Below, piece after piece: positions 60,877 through 64,000 of a DNA stretch of 64,000 bases. How positions within the stretch are numbered: the stretch's first letter is position 1; each line of letters starts with the position of its first letter. Both the position numbers and the translations under genes were made by a program. The notes under the pieces are model-generated. The model searched no databases. It saw nothing but the letters and a program-made list of their open reading frames with translations, and was not told the DNA's origin. Source of the stretch: a virus; IMG/VR virus record IMGVR_UViG_3300024265_000031. One strand, 5' to 3'.

Positions 60877-61571
60877 ATAGTATATCCTGATTTTTGTGCA
60901 GCATCATAAAACATTTTGACTGTTTCTAAAGAAAAATCATTCAAGTTTTTTCCTAACAATGGAATTTTATCTATCAGGGATTTTGGCATTGTTATAATAT
61001 GACAATTGCTTTTATCTGCCAATACTACATCATATACTTGTCTTGGAGAAGCCCACAATAATTGCTGGTTTTCATATTTGGAACGCATCCATGCAGCCAT
61101 ATCAGCCATAATAGGAAAGGGGGCTACTCCTGCATCTGCTATTCTACCAGCAAACACAGAAACAATTCCTTTGTTTTCTCCAATAGCTAACATAGCATCT
61201 TTGGCTTGAGGTGTAGTAAAAACAGCAGTGACATTTACTTTGATTTTTTGAAGACATAAATGATTGATCTTACCAACTGTAAATTCGCCTCTTGTATTGG
61301 TTATAGGAATTTTTACATATACGTTTTTTCCCCAAGATGCTATTTCTTTTGCTTGTTCTTCCATCTCATCTAAATTATCAGAGAAAACTTCAAATGAAAT
61401 TGACTTTTTTACAATATGTCTCAGTGCACTTTGAGCAAATTGTTTATAATCTGTAATGCCAGCTTTTGCCAATATGGAGGGATTTGTAGTAAACCCTGAC
61501 ACAATTGGATTTTCATTCAACTCAATCATTTCTTTCAAATCAGCCCCATCAGCAAAAATTTTAGCTCTCAT
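60873..61571 (-). CDS. tal: Transaldolase (TalC/FSA-size)
   Basis: IFAD, TTNPS, VKIP, VNVT, SVFAGRI.D, LWASPR. Confidence 0.9.
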   Translation of the reverse strand: MRAKIFADGADLKEMIELNENPIVSGFTTNPSILAKAGITDYKQFAQSALRHIVKKSISFEVFSDNLDEMEEQAKEIASWGKNVYVKIPITNTRGEFTVGKINHLCLQKIKVNVTAVFTTPQAKDAMLAIGENKGIVSVFAGRIADAGVAPFPIMADMAAWMRSKYENQQLLWASPRQVYDVVLADKSNCHIITMPKSLIDKIPLLGKNLNDFSLETVKMFYDAAQKSGYTI

Positions 61572-62104
61572 TTATACTCCTTCATTATCAATGGAAAAAT
61601 TTCTTTCACACTTGAAACTGTATGTGTTTGTTTTGAAGGTCGTAATTCATCTCCATATTGATAGTCTATAAATATTGTTTGGCATCTTGCTCTGTATCCG
61701 GCTTCAATATCTTTCCATCTATCACCAACCATCCAAGATTGACGCAAACTTATATTAAATATTTCTGCGGCCAAAAAAAGAAATCCAGGCATTGGCTTTC
61801 TACAATTACAAAGATCATCATCGTCATGTGGGCATACAAAAATTGATCTTATATATGGCGACCAACTAGCAATTTTGGCATTGAGTTTACCTGCTTCATC
61901 TTGGGTAATTTTACCTCTTGCAATATCTGGCTGATTGGTTATGCCAATTATAGTAAAATCATCTTTCCATAAGTCAGTTATGACAGACAATATTCCATCA
62001 ACTGGAACAGCTTCTTCAATAGTTAGTGGAGAGGCTGGTAATCCATCTTTCACAATTGCCTTATTAATAATGCCATCCCTATCTAAAAATACAGCCTTAT
62101 TCAT
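61568..62104 (-). CDS. gmhB: Heptose 1,7-bisphosphate phosphatase
   Basis: FLDRDG, TNQ, CPH....CNCRKP, MVGD; start corrected to MNKAVF. Confidence 0.9.
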   Translation of the reverse strand: MNKAVFLDRDGIINKAIVKDGLPASPLTIEEAVPVDGILSVITDLWKDDFTIIGITNQPDIARGKITQDEAGKLNAKIASWSPYIRSIFVCPHDDDDLCNCRKPMPGFLFLAAEIFNISLRQSWMVGDRWKDIEAGYRARCQTIFIDYQYGDELRPSKQTHTVSSVKEIFPLIMKEYK

Positions 62105-62687
62105 CCATTGACTCCCATTTAGTTTGTGATCTTTGTAATTTGGGATGGGATACAAGTAAGTGAAGAACAACAGATTGAAAAGCTTCTGTATGAGGAGTAA
62201 TCCTATCCTCATGAACAATAGAAACAACAACGCATGCCTGAGCATTTTGTTTAGTGTAGCCACCGTCTCTACCAACAACACCCAGAACTCTAGCCCCCAC
62301 TGTTGTAGCACAATCTATTGCCTTGACCAAGTTAGAACTTATTCCAGTCGCCCCACCTCCAACAGAAAAAATAAGAATTGCATCGTTTGAATTGATTTTA
62401 CTTGTTCTTAGCCATGATGAAAACACACACTCAAACCCACTATCATTCGTTCTTGCGGTTAATTCTGCCACATTGTCTGTAGGAGCATACGACTCTATAC
62501 CACAAATTTTTCTAAAATCATTTACAGCATGGCTAGAAATTGAAGAGCCACCACCATTCCCAAGAATAAACAACCTGCCTTTCGCCTTGCGCACATGATA
62601 CAAAATTTCAACCATAGATTCTATTTCTTCATGATCAAAATTATTAATAATAAACCTTGATTCTTCTAAATATTTTCTAGCAAACAT
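62097..62687 (-). CDS. gmhA: Phosphoheptose isomerase (SIS domain)
   Basis: GNGGGS...SH, TARTND, SVGGG, HTE. Confidence 0.82.
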   Translation of the reverse strand: MFARKYLEESRFIINNFDHEEIESMVEILYHVRKAKGRLFILGNGGGSSISSHAVNDFRKICGIESYAPTDNVAELTARTNDSGFECVFSSWLRTSKINSNDAILIFSVGGGATGISSNLVKAIDCATTVGARVLGVVGRDGGYTKQNAQACVVVSIVHEDRITPHTEAFQSVVLHLLVSHPKLQRSQTKWESMDE

Positions 62688-63389
62688 TTAATTTCCTTTA
62701 GTTTTTGTTATATACTCCTCAAAATCTTTCAATCCTTCTGGAGATCCTATCTCATAAAATCTGGATTTCATTTCATATCCCATAATTCTATTGTGTTGAT
62801 GGTTATAAACTTCACTCAAGTCATATTTGATATTAGGTTTTAACACATCAAATGCTTCTTTATTAAAAACAGATAATCCATAATCAATGTGTTCCATTTC
62901 AGTTGTGCTGCTTTTCTTGCCATATTTTATAATTCGTCCATCCCTATATAAAACATTGCTCTTATCATATTTGTTTTGATTTTTATAAACCGTCATCATG
63001 CCCGATTTGTTCCAACATAGCTGTACAAAAGCATATCCAACTTCAACAAAGTCTACTGGCAAATAACTATCACCATACATTACAAAAAAACATTCTCCCA
63101 GTAGTGGAAGCGCTTTTTTTATTGCTCCTGCAGTTCCCAATGGCGTCCGTTCAATTGAATAAGATATTTTTAATCCGAATCTTTGTGTCCCTACAACATC
63201 AATTATTTTATTTGCTAAATGCCCTACACACAATACGACATTTTTAAATCCATTTTTGCTCAATAATTCTAACTGGTAAAAAATAAATGGCTTGTTGGCA
63301 ATTGTTATCAATGATTTAGGAACATTATTTCCTTGTTCTATTCGTGTTCCCAAGCCACCACAAAGAATTGTTATTGTTGGAAGTTTCAT
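62688..63389 (-). CDS. hddC: Heptose-1-phosphate guanylyltransferase-like nucleotidyltransferase
   Basis: LCGGLGTR, PK, PLGTAGA, YGDS; heptose cluster context. Confidence 0.75.
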   Translation of the reverse strand: MKLPTITILCGGLGTRIEQGNNVPKSLITIANKPFIFYQLELLSKNGFKNVVLCVGHLANKIIDVVGTQRFGLKISYSIERTPLGTAGAIKKALPLLGECFFVMYGDSYLPVDFVEVGYAFVQLCWNKSGMMTVYKNQNKYDKSNVLYRDGRIIKYGKKSSTTEMEHIDYGLSVFNKEAFDVLKPNIKYDLSEVYNHQHNRIMGYEMKSRFYEIGSPEGLKDFEEYITKTKGN

Positions 63390-64000
63390 ACTATTCGTTG
63401 ACTACCCTCAAAATCAAATGAAAAAACTAGCTCTTGCAAGCTATTTTTTTTCATATATTGTTTTAGTTTCCTTTTGTTTTCTATATAGCCAAGCAAAAAT
63501 CCACCATTGCCAGATCCAACCAATTTCATTCCTATTGCGCCATTATTTAAAGCATCATTTCTAATTTGCTCTATTTTGGGAGAGGTGTTGGTTCGCTCTT
63601 TTTTATTGTCCCATTGTACATTAAGCATTTCAGCAAATTCTTGCATCTTTCCTTTCTCAAGAAGTTTTTTTGATAATATTCCTATTTCTTTCAAATTCAT
63701 AAGATTAGATAACATTGCCTTATCATTATTTTTCGTAGCCTTGTCTTGAAAATACAATACGTTGTTGGTATTATGTTCAATATTTGTATAAAACAACATT
63801 AGATTCTCTTGAAGTTTTTCCAATGTGTCATGTGAAATATTGAGTGGAACATGTTTGACATTTCCGTTCTTCTGAAATTCTAAACACATAATTCCGCCTA
63901 ACGAAGATATATATTCATCTTGTTTGCCCTGTATCATACCCAATTTATCAATATTAATATTGCAAGCTAGTTCAGCAATTTCATGTGGCAATGTTGCTAT
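63386..64000 (-). CDS. hddA: Heptose-7-phosphate kinase (GHMP family), 5' truncated
   Basis: GKQDEY...GG, GAIGMKLVGSGNGGF; cluster context. Confidence 0.78.
   Translation of the reverse strand: MATLPHEIAELACNINIDKLGMIQGKQDEYISSLGGIMCLEFQKNGNVKHVPLNISHDTLEKLQENLMLFYTNIEHNTNNVLYFQDKATKNNDKAMLSNLMNLKEIGILSKKLLEKGKMQEFAEMLNVQWDNKKERTNTSPKIEQIRNDALNNGAIGMKLVGSGNGGFLLGYIENKRKLKQYMKKNSLQELVFSFDFEGSQRIV

Noticed and set aside
21606-62311. N-terminal extensions in the ORF track (21662, 25761, 30799, 36143, 37014, 41038, 44220, 49057, 52668, 62311)
   Set aside because: They run through promoters, junction palindromes or upstream genes; better starts follow GGAG RBSs
9039-63749. Numerous 60-130 aa + strand ORFs after 8.7 kb
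   Set aside because: Antisense shadows of well-supported - strand genes or tRNAs, with no RBS or motifs
1-64000. Stop-codon reassignment
   Set aside because: Long genes are intact in code 11, all three stops end genes, no suppressor tRNA was found, and only one in-frame stop (29063) was noticed

Overview
AT-rich segment of a large dsDNA tailed phage, probably siphovirus-like, using the standard genetic code; no host genes or rRNA are visible. 1-8661 (+): distal tail, tail-tip and fibre genes plus two membrane genes, ending at a bidirectional terminator. All other genes are on the - strand: a replication/nucleotide block (class II RNR, two MazG-like proteins, DnaE, PD-(D/E)XK nuclease, primase-helicase, SSB, Sak4-like ATPase), a XerC/D-like tyrosine recombinase, then a ~32 kb accessory region (22-54 kb) and a glycan cluster (54-64 kb: glycosyltransferases, FkbM methyltransferases, transaldolase, gmhA/gmhB/hddC/hddA). 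The accessory region holds many tiny ORFs, 20 tRNAs, purA-like and guaB genes, methyltransferases and a BCS1-like ATPase. Main observations: (1) about 45 copies of the palindrome ATAAAA-N6-TTTTAT, each with a different spacer, sit at gene junctions fused to the next RBS and begin near the recombinase, suggesting an integron-like gene-cassette system (a regulatory role is the alternative); (2) a 124-nt tmRNA-like RNA that keeps the tRNA-like domain but lacks the mRNA-like domain; (3) a promoter-led operon of four proteins sharing the N-terminus MKIRxGFVSNSS(S/T)SS followed by a radical SAM enzyme; (4) two unexplained structured RNAs inside tRNA arrays; (5) a heptose/glycosylation pathway alongside SGS-rich tail proteins. 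All calls come from manual reading; no searches were run.
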